Counted from the first letter of the stretch, positions 52,588 to 63,296 are shown. The stretch is DNA of 64,000 bases from Opitutales bacterium (GCA_965226885.1 CBDDEL010000015.1:32001-96000); one strand, 5' to 3'. Numbers and translations are program-made. The notes: generated by a model not told the origin, from the letters alone.

Positions 52588-53388
52588 GGTAGTGTATAAA
52601 AAAAGAATGTTATTTTGTATTTTTAGCTGTACAAATAGCGTTAGGCAGTTTATTCTTAGTGCATGGTTACTAAAATTATTAATTGTCGGCACTGTGGAAG
52701 TGAAAATATCATTAAATTTGGCAAGACGCCCAACCATAAACAGCGCTACCGCTGCCATGATTGTGGTAAACAAAGCCGCGAAAACCCCACAGTGAAATAC
52801 ACCGAAGAGCAAAAAGAAATGATCCTTCGAGTCTATCAGGAACGCAGCAGTCTACGCGGTTTACAGCGCGCCTTCGGGGTGAGTCCCAACACCGTTTTGA
52901 GTTGGTTAAAAAAAACGACAATCGCTGCGACCGCTCAAAAGCACGATTCTTGCGGCCCGCCGCCATGATGTCATTGAACTGGACGAACTGTGGTCTTTTG
53001 TGGGGCGCAAGAGCGATGCCCAATGGGTTTGGATCGCTCTTTGCCGACGCACCCGTCAAATCCTCTCCTATGCCATTGGGCCTCGGGATTGGTATCGTTG
53101 CCGGGAACTTTACGAGCGTCTGCCACGGGCCTACAAAAGATGTGCCACCTACAGCGACTTTTGGAGCACTTATGATGAAGTCTTTCCTCATAACCGATCC
53201 GTGGGAAAAGAAACCGGTGAAACGGCCCATGTGGAACGATGGAACAATACCCTGCGCCAACGACTGGGTCGTTTCACACGCAAACCCTCTCCTTTTCCAA
53301 GCTTAAGAGTATGCATGAAACCTGTCTGAGACTTTTCATTCATCAATATAATCAAGAATTAGCCACCATTCCTACTTAATACACTACC
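52588..53388 (+). mobile_element. IS1-family element, copy 1 (801 bp; insB has a 1-bp deletion)
   Basis: Ends GGTAGTGTAT/ATACACTACC, 8-bp TSD TCAAATTC. insA 52663-52968 has a CxxC..CxxC zinc finger, A-run frameshift site near 52910, insB has ELDELW and VERWN. Confidence 0.93.
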
Positions 53389-54562
53389 TCAAATTCGTTT
53401 AATATTTGAAGCTGCTTTCTTCCTTTTCCGTAGGAACCCATTATATATAGTTCTAGGTAATTTGCGGCTCTGTAAAGATCGGGGACTCCCTGTTCATAGT
53501 CGCCGATTGTCCCCGGATTAGCGATGTCCATTGAACGCAAATAAATAGGCAATGATCCCGCTGTAGGAAAACTTCGATTGATTCGCGGATCGATCGCCGA
53601 ATACACGGTGGTCGTCCAGCCGCCTCCACTAATGCCAATCATTATTATTTGATCGAAATGAAATTGTTGTGCATAATTAACAACAGTAGCGACTGGTTCC
53701 ATAAAATATTTTATTGGATGACCCTGCTTCGGTTGCAAATACTGCATCTCACTATGAGACCTTATAAACATCCCTCCAAAGCGCTCAAAATTTACAGTTA
53801 TCTTGTTATTCATTCCCAATAGGGGCATTGATAGAGCAATAACCTCAAAACCATTGTCAAGGAAGGCATTGATTGTAGTGTTGCCGACAGAAAATTTGCC
53901 ATTGTGTCCCTGGTGATAAATTGCCAACCGTTTTTTTGAGCCGTTTGGCATAAAATGATAGGCAATGCTTTTGAGCCCGTAATCCATATTGATAGTAAGC
54001 TTGTCAATGCGTTGCAAATTGCTTAAGGAATCAAAATCCACATCCGTAATTCCCTTATCCACTGAGTCTGGAATTTTATCTTTGGGAAATCCATCCTTTC
54101 CCCATAGAAATTCAATAACAGCGTCCCTTCTTAACAAGACATCCTTTGGTTGATGTATTTGAATTACGGAGTCCGCATCGAACTTAAGACTCGTCAGGTC
54201 AATTTTTATTTGGTCATTATAGACATTAGTAATTTTGGTTTCATCCTTAACAGTGTAAATTAAATTAGTCGCAGGAATAATTTCTTTCTCCTTTCCATCC
54301 CATTGCCAATAAAGTTTCATATAAGAGGGGCCGTTGATTTGGTTGTATCTAATTTCAATTTGATATGCTTTTCCTTTTATCATTTCCAAACTGCCATCGG
54401 TAATATTATTCCCTTCCCAAGTATCGATTATAATTTTACCCTCGATTTTTACCCTCAATTCATCATCCGCTTCTCCAGAAAAAAATATTTTACCGCTTGC
54501 GGGAGCTTTAATGTACCCAATCCACATCGCGGAGAAGTCGTTTTTTGTTTGCCATTGAATAA

Positions 54563-55693
54563 TACCAAATCTCATTAGGTATGATAATAAGTTATTTGGC
54601 AGAAGCGTTTGCTTGAATGTGCTGCCAGCCTCCGCCAACTAAAGAGAGGACTTTTTCAGTGTCCTCCCACCAGTCTTTGAGATGGGTTGCGACGACTTCT
54701 TCGAGTCGCTCAATGCTCGGCCACAGTTTGTTGGCCGTTTGATCCTGTATCATATCCCAAAGTCTTTCAATCGGGTTGAGTTCAGGACTATACGGCGGCA
54801 AATTCACGATATGTATGCCCGGGGGGACGTTGGGGTGCTCCGAGTCGTGCGGATGGAAGCCTGCCCCGTCCCATACAACCACATGTTCCTCCTCAGGATA
54901 TTGCTTTTTGATCTGTTGGAGGAAAGCCTCCGTCCACTGTAGATTCGTGCTAGGGGTTTGGATGCATACCATCTCGCCGTTGACCACGTCGAGGGCTCCG
55001 TAACAGTAGCTCCACTGGTATCTTGTCTGATATTTTTTGTGCGGCCGAAGCCCTCTTTGCGTCCAGCACCGGCGGTACACCGGAAGCAAACCAAAACGGC
55101 TTTCATCGGCAAACCACACCCGAACCCGATTGCCTCGGGTGAGGGAAAGCTCCTGGAGGATCTTAAAAAAGTCTCGCTTGAACGCTTCCGCTTTTGCCGA
55201 GTCCCGTTTCTCATGCACGGGGCGAGGGACTCGAAGCACCCCGGCGCATTTTTTTAGCCATCGCCACACCGTCTTGTAGGCGAAGGAGCGCCCGAAATGT
55301 CGCTCCAGCTCTTGCCCCGCCTGAACGGCTGTGTTCCAGCGCGCGACCTTCAAACCATTGAGCAAGAAGGCCTCCACCTCTTTGTCGCAACGGCTTTTGA
55401 TCCCGCCTTTGTAGGCGCGTGTAAGCACCGCCCCGAGCCCTGCAGCACGATATTTGTCAAACCAACGCTGGATCGTCGCTTTGCCTCGGCCCACGATGGC
55501 TCCAATTTCATCAATGCTGTGGTGCGGCTGGAAGCCCATTTTTAATGCCACCAAACGCTCTTTACGCCAGCCGACAGCCTCTTTGTTGAGCAATTTCTTG
55601 ATACGTTCACGGTCTTCATCGGTTCCCATATATCTTCTCATTCCGCCTTTATAGCTGTTTTTTAATCTTTATCAATCCTTTTGCGATTTGGTA
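54563..55693 (-). mobile_element. IS630-family element, copy 2 (1131 bp)
   Basis: Inverted near-identical copy of 5662-6792, with TAA at 54560-54562 and 55694-55696. Confidence 0.93.
54592..55641 (-). CDS. IS630-family transposase
   Basis: 349 aa. Differs from copy 1 by one visible substitution (KETVG vs KEAVG). Confidence 0.95.
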   Translation of the reverse strand: MRRYMGTDEDRERIKKLLNKEAVGWRKERLVALKMGFQPHHSIDEIGAIVGRGKATIQRWFDKYRAAGLGAVLTRAYKGGIKSRCDKEVEAFLLNGLKVARWNTAVQAGQELERHFGRSFAYKTVWRWLKKCAGVLRVPRPVHEKRDSAKAEAFKRDFFKILQELSLTRGNRVRVWFADESRFGLLPVYRRCWTQRGLRPHKKYQTRYQWSYCYGALDVVNGEMVCIQTPSTNLQWTEAFLQQIKKQYPEEEHVVVWDGAGFHPHDSEHPNVPPGIHIVNLPPYSPELNPIERLWDMIQDQTANKLWPSIERLEEVVATHLKDWWEDTEKVLSLVGGGWQHIQANASAK

Positions 55694-55745
55694 TAACACC
55701 TGAATCGGCACCTTCCAGATACCAAATGGAATCAGTTCTGGCTAA

Positions 55746-57312
55746 CCCGGATATTTCGTAAAAAAAGTATCGTTGATATGCTTAACTGCTGATATACAGC
55801 AGGATAGATCAATAATTAAAGCAATATCAGCGATGACAAAAGGTAAACAATTAAAGCTACAGTTGACAAGGGTAAAAGGCCGCCGTGTGCGGGTTGATTT
55901 CAAGGGCGGAGAGGTTACTTCGGATGCCGGACTGCTTTTGATCCGGGAAGTGGATCGGCAGTTGGGCTTGACCGAACGAGCGGCCCGACAGTTAGTGGAC
56001 AAACGGCAGAAGGGCAAAGTACGCCATGAGGTCTTGGGGATGCTGCGGCAGCGCGTTTACGGGCTGGTGGCGGGCTATGAGGATTTGAACGACTTTGATA
56101 CCCTGCGCCACGATCCATTGTTGCAAACGGTAACGGGGCGCATTGAAACGTTGGCCAGCGCGCCGACTTTGTGTCGTTTTGAAAACGGGCAGGATCGGCG
56201 GGCGGCCTTTGCGGTAAACGAGCTGTTGGTCGAACAGTTCATGGGCTCCTTTGCCGAGGAACCCGAAGAGATCATCCTGGACTTTGACGCCACCGACAAT
56301 CCGGTGCACGGGCTCCAGGAGGGACGTTTTTTCCACGGTTATTATGATCATTACTGTTTTCTGCCGCTATATGTTTTTTGCGGTGATCAGCTGCTGGTGG
56401 CCTACCTGCGGCCGAGCAAGATCGATGCCAGCAAGCATGCCGGGGCCATCCTCAAATTGCTGGTTAAACGGATTCGCCAAAGCTGGCCCCGTACGCGGAT
56501 TATTTGGCGCGCCGACAGTGGATTTTGTCGAGACCGGATACTCTCTTGGTGCGACCGCAACGAAGTTAGTTACATCGTGGGGATGGCTCGCAATGCACGC
56601 TTGCAGCAAGACGCCCAGCAGTTGCAAAAGCAGGCCAAAGAATGGTTCGAACTAAGGGGTAAAAAACAACGGTTATTCCAGGACTTCGTCTATGCTGCCG
56701 ATTCGTGGCGATGGCTGCGGTTGGTCATCCATAAAGCCGAACACACCGCACAGGGGTCCAACCCGCGCTTCGTGGTGACGAACCTGCCGGGCGATCCCCA
56801 GGAGCTTTACGACAAGGTATACTGTGGCCGCGGTGAAATGGAGAACCGAATCAAGGAACAGATGCAATTGTTCAGCGAGCGCACCAGCGCCCATCAATGG
56901 TGGGCCAATCAGTGGCGATTGCTCTTGTCGGCGCTGGCCTACACCTTGATGGAAGCCATGCGCCGGTTAGCCTTAAAAGGGACGAAGTGGGCGCGGGCCC
57001 AATGCCACACCCTGCGGCTCAAATTAATCAAGATCGGAGCGGTCATCGTGCGCAACACCCGAACGATTCACTTTCACCTAAGTGAGAGTTATCCTTGGGC
57101 CAGTCTTTTCAACCATGCGCCCCGCCGATTGGTGCCAACCTAAAGGGTGCATTGGTGCTGCCCCCGGCACTACCGAACCAATGGGGGAAAGGGGGCAGTG
57201 TCTCTACACCCTGAAAAACACCTAAAAATCAAGACGATCTGCTCAAAATACAAAGAAATCCATCTCCAATAGCAATAACGAGCCAAACTTTACCCTTCAT
57301 GAAATATCCGGG
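55746..57312 (+). mobile_element. IS1380-family element, variant B (1567 bp)
   Basis: IRs CCCGGATATTTC/GAAATATCCGGG, CTAA at 55742-55745 and 57313-57316. Confidence 0.95.
55833..57143 (+). CDS. IS1380-family transposase
   Basis: Same motifs as 16004-17314. Start aligned to MTKGKQL. Confidence 0.94.
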   Translation: MTKGKQLKLQLTRVKGRRVRVDFKGGEVTSDAGLLLIREVDRQLGLTERAARQLVDKRQKGKVRHEVLGMLRQRVYGLVAGYEDLNDFDTLRHDPLLQTVTGRIETLASAPTLCRFENGQDRRAAFAVNELLVEQFMGSFAEEPEEIILDFDATDNPVHGLQEGRFFHGYYDHYCFLPLYVFCGDQLLVAYLRPSKIDASKHAGAILKLLVKRIRQSWPRTRIIWRADSGFCRDRILSWCDRNEVSYIVGMARNARLQQDAQQLQKQAKEWFELRGKKQRLFQDFVYAADSWRWLRLVIHKAEHTAQGSNPRFVVTNLPGDPQELYDKVYCGRGEMENRIKEQMQLFSERTSAHQWWANQWRLLLSALAYTLMEAMRRLALKGTKWARAQCHTLRLKLIKIGAVIVRNTRTIHFHLSESYPWASLFNHAPRRLVPT

Positions 57313-57685
57313 CTAAATTAATATCGTCGTAAAGTATTCCGACAAGACCGGGTTTAGTTTGGCTAATTGCTGGAGTCGTAATTACACAAACGCTAAACAT
57401 AAAAAAAGTGAATAAATATTTAAGTTTCATTTGTGATCCTGATTTAAATTATAATCACTGTGCATTGTTCCCGTGAACGCTTGAAGCAATACCTGGGAAT
57501 TACTTTACTTTGTTGATCATCCCAACGCCATTCAATTTTTTCAAGCAATTATTTCCATGAATTTGAGATGGGCACTGGAAGGGCGCTTCCTTTATCTACA
57601 AATAGCCAATAATAAAAATATGGCAAAGCCTAGCAGGTTTTGGGCATCATCAATGGTTTCCCTCGCGCACCACACCGAATCAACG

Positions 57686-58487
57686 GGTAGTGTATAAAAA
57701 AAGAATGTTATTTTGTATTTTTAGCTGTACAAATAGCGTTAGGCAGTTTATTCTTAGTGCATGGTTACTAAAATTATTAATTGTCGGCACTGTGGAAGTG
57801 AAAATATCATTAAATTTGGCAAGACGCCCAACCATAAACAGCGCTACCGCTGCCATGATTGTGGTAAACAAAGCCGCGAAAACCCCACAGTGAAATACAC
57901 CGAAGAGCAAAAAGAAATGATCCTTCGAGTCTATCAGGAACGCAGCAGTCTACGCGGTTTACAGCGCGCCTTCGGGGTGAGTCCCAACACCGTTTTGAGT
58001 TGGTTAAAAAAAACGACAATCGCTGCGACCGCTCAAAAGCACGATTCTTGCGGCCCGCCGCCATGATGTCATTGAACTGGACGAACTGTGGTCTTTTGTG
58101 GGGCGCAAGAGCGATGCCCAATGGGTTTGGATCGCTCTTTGCCGACGCACCCGTCAAATCCTCTCCTATGCCATTGGGCCTCGGGATTGGTATCGTTGCC
58201 GGGAACTTTACGAGCGTCTGCCACGGGCCTACAAAAGATGTGCCACCTACAGCGACTTTTGGAGCACTTATGATGAAGTCTTTCCTCATAACCGATCCGT
58301 GGGAAAAGAAACCGGTGAAACGGCCCATGTGGAACGATGGAACAATACCCTGCGCCAACGACTGGGTCGTTTCACACGCAAAACCCTCTCCTTTTCCAAG
58401 CTTAAGAGTATGCATGAAACCTGTCTGAGACTTTTCATTCATCAATATAATCAAGAATTAGCCACCATTCCTACTTAATACACTACC
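57686..58487 (+). mobile_element. IS1-family element, copy 2 (802 bp, apparently intact)
   Basis: 8-bp TSD AATCAACG at 57678-57685 and 58488-58495. insA 57761-58066, insB frame open to 58478. Confidence 0.94.
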
Positions 58488-58575
58488 AATCAACGTATCC
58501 GTTTCATCTCTGTAAACGCCGGGGAAAAACCGGTACGGTAAAGAGGGCGCTTTAAAACCGGTACGCTTATCCTAG

Positions 58576-60142
58576 CCCGGATATTTCGTAAAAAAAGTAT
58601 CGTTGATATGCTTAACTGCTGATATACAGCAGGATAGATCAATAATTAAAGCAATATCAGCGATGACAAAAGGTAAACAATTAAAGCTACAGTTGACAAG
58701 GGTAAAAGGCCGCCGTGTGCGGGTTGATTTCAAGGGCGGAGAGGTTACTTCGGATGCCGGACTGCTTTTGATCCGGGAAGTGGATCGGCAGTTGGGCTTG
58801 ACCGAACGAGCGGCCCGACAGTTAGTGGACAAACGGCAGAAGGGCAAAGTACGCCATGAGGTATTGGGGATGCTGCGGCAGCGCGTTTACGGGCTGGTGG
58901 CGGGCTATGAGGATTTGAACGACTTTGATACCCTGCGCCACGATCCATTGTTGCAAACGGTAACGGGGCGCATTGAAACGTTGGCCAGCGCGCCGACTTT
59001 GTGTCGTTTTGAAAACGGGCAGGATCGGCGGGCGGCCTTTGCGGTAAACGAGCTGTTGGTCGAACAGTTCATGGGCTCCTTTGCCGAGGAACCCGAAGAG
59101 ATCATCCTGGACTTTGACGCCACCGACAATCCGGTGCACGGGCTCCAGGAGGGACGTTTTTTCCACGGTTATTATGATCATTACTGTTTTCTGCCGCTAT
59201 ATGTTTTTTGCGGTGATCAGCTGCTGGTGGCCTACCTGCGGCCGAGCAAGATCGATGCCAGCAAGCATGCCGGGGCCATCCTCAAATTGCTGGTTAAACG
59301 GATTCGCCAAAGCTGGCCCCGTACGCGGATTATTTGGCGCGCCGACAGTGGATTTTGTCGAGACCGGATACTCTCTTGGTGCGACCGCAACGAAGTTAGT
59401 TACATCGTGGGGATGGCTCGCAATGCACGCTTGCAGCAAGACGCCCAGCAGTTGCAAAAGCAGGCCAAAGAATGGTTCGAACTAAGGGGTAAAAAACAAC
59501 GGTTATTCCAGGACTTCGTCTATGCTGTCGATTCGTGGCGATGGCTGCGGTTGGTCATCCATAAAGCCGAACACACCGCACAGGGGTCCAACCCGCGCTT
59601 CGTGGTGACGAACCTGCCGGGCGATCCCCAGGAGCTTTACGACAAGGTATACTGTGGCCGCGGTGAAATGGAGAACCGAATCAAGGAACAGATGCAATTG
59701 TTCAGCGAGCGCACCAGCGCCCATCAATGGTGGGCCAATCAGTGGCGATTGCTCTTGTCGGCGCTGGCCTACACCTTGATGGAAGCCATGCGCCGGTTAG
59801 CCTTAAAAGGGACGAAGTGGGCGCGGGCCCAATGCCACACCCTGCGGCTCAAATTAATCAAGATCGGAGCGGTCATCGTGCGCAACACCCGAACGATTCA
59901 CTTTCACCTAAGTGAGAGTTATCCTTGGGCCAGTCTTTTCAACCATGCGGCCCGCCGATTGGTGCCAACCTAAAGGGTGCATTGGTGCTGCCCCCGGCAC
60001 TACCGAACCAATGGGGGAAAGGGGGCAGTGTCTCTACACCCTGAAAAACACCTAAAAATCAAGACGATCTGCTCAAAATACAAAGAAATCCATCTCCAAT
60101 AGCAATAACGAGCCAAACTTTACCCTTCATGAAATATCCGGG
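58576..60142 (+). mobile_element. IS1380-family element, variant B, inserted between the IS21 left end and istA
   Basis: CTAG duplication at 58572-58575 and 60143-60146. Confidence 0.95.
58663..59973 (+). CDS. IS1380-family transposase
   Basis: Near-identical to 55833-57143. Confidence 0.94.
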   Translation: MTKGKQLKLQLTRVKGRRVRVDFKGGEVTSDAGLLLIREVDRQLGLTERAARQLVDKRQKGKVRHEVLGMLRQRVYGLVAGYEDLNDFDTLRHDPLLQTVTGRIETLASAPTLCRFENGQDRRAAFAVNELLVEQFMGSFAEEPEEIILDFDATDNPVHGLQEGRFFHGYYDHYCFLPLYVFCGDQLLVAYLRPSKIDASKHAGAILKLLVKRIRQSWPRTRIIWRADSGFCRDRILSWCDRNEVSYIVGMARNARLQQDAQQLQKQAKEWFELRGKKQRLFQDFVYAVDSWRWLRLVIHKAEHTAQGSNPRFVVTNLPGDPQELYDKVYCGRGEMENRIKEQMQLFSERTSAHQWWANQWRLLLSALAYTLMEAMRRLALKGTKWARAQCHTLRLKLIKIGAVIVRNTRTIHFHLSESYPWASLFNHAARRLVPT

Positions 60143-60155
60143 CTAGAAAGGAGGA

Positions 60156-61663
60156 GTGTATCGAGATATGAAGCAATGGACAAGAGTGCGGCACAAAGTG
60201 CTGCGGGACAAGCAGAGCAAGCGCTCTGTAATGCGAGAAGAGGGACTGCACTGGGAGACCCTGGGAAAGATGCTGGCCTATTCCCAGCCGCCGGGATACC
60301 GGCGCAAGAAGAGGCGAGAGCGCAAGATCGATCCGTATGTGGGCTGGATCGAGGAGGTGCTCAAAGCGGACCGGAACGTGCCCAAGAAGCAGCGCCATAC
60401 GGCCAAACGGATCTACCAGCGTTTGGGTCGGGAGAAGGGCTACCAAGGGGGCTACACGGCGGTCAAGGAGGTGGTGGCCGAGCTGCGAGCGAGGCGGCGG
60501 GAAGTGTTCGTGCCGCTGGAGCACCGCCCCGGGGAGGGACAGGTGGACTTCGGTCATGCCCTGGTGAAGGAGGCGGGGCAATTGCGTAGGCGGCCATTTT
60601 TTGCCATGAGCCTGCCCTACAGCGATGCCTTTTTCGTGCAGGTGTTCGAACGGGAGTGCACGGAGAGCTTCTGGGAGGGGCACCTGCGAGCTTTTGAGTT
60701 TTTCGGGGCGGTGCCCCGGCGCATCAGCTATGACAACTCGAAGGTGGCGGTGGGTAAGATTATCGGTTCGCGTGAACGCAAGCTGACCGACGGGTTTCTG
60801 CAGCTACAGAGCCATTACCTGTTCGAGGAACACTTCTGTCTGCCCGCCCGGCCCAACGAGAAGGGCGTGGTCGAGGGGATCGTGCGTTATGCCCGGGCCA
60901 ACTTCCTGGTACCGGTACCGCAGGTTCGGGACCTGGAGGAACTCAACGCAAAGCTGTTGGAGGCATGTGAGCGGGACATGGAGCGTAAATTACGCGGGAA
61001 AAGGGCGGTGAAAAAGGAACTGCTGGCCGAGGAGCGCGCCGTCATGCTGGCGTTGCCGCCCATACCCTTTGAAGCGAGCCGCAAACGCTCGACCTGCGTC
61101 AGCAGCCTCTCGCTGGTGCGCTTCGAGTGCAACGACTATTCGGTGCCGGTGCGCTGCGCCCACCATCCGGTGGTGGTGGAAGGGTCCTGTCGGCAGGTGG
61201 TGATCTTCTGTGGGGGCCAAGAGGTGGCCCGGCACCGCCGCATTTGGGATAAAGAGCAAGTCTCTTTCGAGCCGGTGCACTACCTGGCTTTGCTGGAGAA
61301 AAAACCGGGCGCTTTGGACTTCGCCCGCCCACTCTCGGGCTGGCAGTTGCCGCAGTGCCTGCAGGTCCTCAGACGCCGGCTCGAAAGCCAATGCGGGGGC
61401 GAAGGCACCCGGGAGTATATCCGGGTGCTGCGGCTGTTGGAGAAACACCCCATGGCGGCCTTGCAGCAGGCCGTCGTCTCGGCCCTGCGGGTGGGGGGGG
61501 ACTGACTCGTGAGGCCATCGCCCAGTATCTCTATCCTCAGGAAGACTACGGGAGCAGAACCTTCCGGCTGGACGGCCATCCACACCTGCGTCACGTCCGT
61601 GTGGCCGCCCCTGACCTCGGTGCCTACAGCGAACTGCTCAAGATTCCAGGAGGGGCTTTATGA
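60156..61663 (+). pseudogene. istA: IS21 transposase IstA, frameshifted in a G8 run
   Basis: QRHTAKRI, QVDFG, YDN, EKGVVE motifs. Stop at 61505. Removing one G from 61493-61500 extends the ORF to 61663, overlapping the istB ATG. Confidence 0.8.
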
Positions 61664-62427
61664 AGGAAGAAAAAAACCAGCTGCTGTTACACCATCACCT
61701 CAAGAAACTGAAGTTGCCCACCATCCTGCGCGAATGGCCGGCGGTGGCCGCGGCTTGTTCCCGGGACCGGCTCGATTACGCCGCCTTTTTGTTGCATCTG
61801 GTCGAACGGGAGCTCATTGAACGCGAACAGCGGGCCGCCCAGCGGCGGATCAAAAACGCCCGTTTCCCCGTGCTCAAGACCCTCGAGAGCTTCGCCTTTG
61901 AAGCGCAGCCCTCGATCAACGAAGCGCTCATCCGAGAGCTCATGCGCGGGGAGTATGTCGACCAGCGCGAAAACGTGCTACTCCTCGGTAACGCCGGTAC
62001 CGGTAAAACGCACCTGGCCACCGCCCTGGGCTTTGCCGCCTGTGCCCAGGGCCGGCGGATCCGTTTCTTCGGGGTCACCGCCCTGGTTACCCATATGCTC
62101 GAGCAACGCGACAACCACGACCTGCAGCGCTTCATGAAGCAACTCGAAAGGCTCGACCTACTCATCCTCGACGAACTCGGTTACGTCCCTTTTTCCAAGA
62201 CCGGTTCCGAACTGCTCTTCGACGTGGTCAGCCGCGCTTACGAGCGCACCAGTCTCATCGTCACCACCAACCTGCCCTTTGAGAACTGGATCGAAGTGCT
62301 CGGTTCCGAACGGCTCACCGGAGCTCTGCTGGACCGACTCACCCATCGGGTGCATATCCTCGAAGCCAACGGGCAAAGCTACCGCTTGCGCGATGCTCGA
62401 CGCCGTCGCCGTGGCACAAAACAATAA
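61660..62427 (+). CDS. istB: IS21 helper ATPase IstB
   Basis: LKKLKLP, GNAGTGKTHLA, LLILDELGY, TTNLPF, LLDRLTH, GQSYRL. Confidence 0.96.
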   Translation: MKEEKNQLLLHHHLKKLKLPTILREWPAVAAACSRDRLDYAAFLLHLVERELIEREQRAAQRRIKNARFPVLKTLESFAFEAQPSINEALIRELMRGEYVDQRENVLLLGNAGTGKTHLATALGFAACAQGRRIRFFGVTALVTHMLEQRDNHDLQRFMKQLERLDLLILDELGYVPFSKTGSELLFDVVSRAYERTSLIVTTNLPFENWIEVLGSERLTGALLDRLTHRVHILEANGQSYRLRDARRRRRGTKQ

Positions 62428-62712
62428 ACGCCTTGGGCCCGGCTCGTCGGCCTCCGGCCTCCTCACCGACCCCAAGCCAATCCCCAAAACCAACTCCCAA
62501 ACCCTAAACCTTGACGTACCTGCAATTACTAACCTAAACCTTATTCCAAGCGTACCGGTTTTACCCCGACCCCCGTACCGGTTTCATCCCGGCGTTTACA
62601 CATCTCAGGTGAGAACCGCTTCCGGTTCCTTGAAAAAACTCCCAAGTCCCTAAAGATTTGGGGCTGGTCTTGAGTTGCTTTTCAGGAAATGTGAATAGGA
62701 AAGGATAATCCT

Positions 62713-62871
62713 CTATTCTTCGGCCTTGGTTTTGGCCAGGCCGGTCACCCGGTTGCCCTCCTTCCAGAGGCCCTTCTTTTTCAACAGAGCCACGCGCTCG
62801 AAACGCTTGAGAACATTTCGTCTTTTCCTTGAGGCGGTACCGTCGGCTTTGAAACTATTGTGCTGGGTCAT
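62713..62871 (-). CDS. Small basic protein, PVC-superphylum signature type
   Basis: 52 aa, MTQHNSFK...KRRNVLKRFERV..LKKKGLW...V.GL.K, matching by eye the Planctomycetes/Verrucomicrobia/Chlamydiae small basic protein. Confidence 0.85.
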   Translation of the reverse strand: MTQHNSFKADGTASRKRRNVLKRFERVALLKKKGLWKEGNRVTGLAKTKAEE

Positions 62872-63080
62872 GGCTGAAAAATCCTTTTCTAATGTTGAAA
62901 AGCGCTGGATTAAAGCGTCTCCCAACTCAAGATCAACCTCTTTTTGCCCGATATTTCAGAAAAATCACCTTTTTTCTTGAAAAAACCAGTTGATTACCGT
63001 TCAAAAGCCCTTCATTTATGCTGGCTTTCCATATTCCAGCGCTAAAATTATTTAAATTCAACACTATCCGGAGGTTTCTT

Positions 63081-63296
63081 TTGAGAGACGATTATCTGCA
63101 GCAAGCACAAACAATCATTCCAGACCCGAATATTTTAATCAACGTGGTCTCCCGCAGGGTGAAGCAGCTCAAATACGGCCAGAAGCCTTTGGTCGAGTCC
63201 CTTGAGCGGTTGAGTCCCGAGGATGTCGCCTTGCGCGAAATTATCGAGGGCAAAATCGATTACCAGCTTTACGATCCGGACGAGGAAGAGGCTTAA
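63081..63296 (+). CDS. rpoZ: RNA polymerase omega subunit
   Basis: GGAGG at 63070-63074 then a TTG start. LINVVSRRVKQL..G.KPL...DVALREIIEGKI. Confidence 0.85.
   Translation: MRDDYLQQAQTIIPDPNILINVVSRRVKQLKYGQKPLVESLERLSPEDVALREIIEGKIDYQLYDPDEEEA

Larger units (their letters stand above)
52408..57430 (-). pseudogene. Secreted PA14-domain + alpha/beta-hydrolase gene interrupted by IS1380, IS630 and IS1
   Basis: Removing three ISs and one TSD copy each joins 57430-57313, 55741-55694, 54559-53389 and 52579-52408 into 1509 bp (502 aa). Has a signal peptide, NDFSAMWIGYI (PA14-like) and GISGGGW (GxSxG). Confidence 0.88.
58511..62600 (+). mobile_element. IS21-family element carrying a nested IS1380
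   Basis: TGTAAACGCCGGG...CCCGGCGTTTACA ends with repeated ACCGGTACG boxes. 6-bp TSD CATCTC at 58505-58510 and 62601-62606. Confidence 0.94.

Noticed and set aside
53376..54638. Stand-alone 420-aa gene as listed in the ORF track
   Set aside because: Its first residues come from IS630 and its last from IS1. It is the middle fragment of the disrupted 502-aa gene.
5662..55693. Large inversion between the two inverted IS630 copies
   Set aside because: The host gene reads continuously across copy 2, so its flanks have not been exchanged.
52588..60142. Composite transposon bounded by the paired IS1 or paired IS1380 copies
   Set aside because: Each copy has its own matching TSD, indicating independent insertions.
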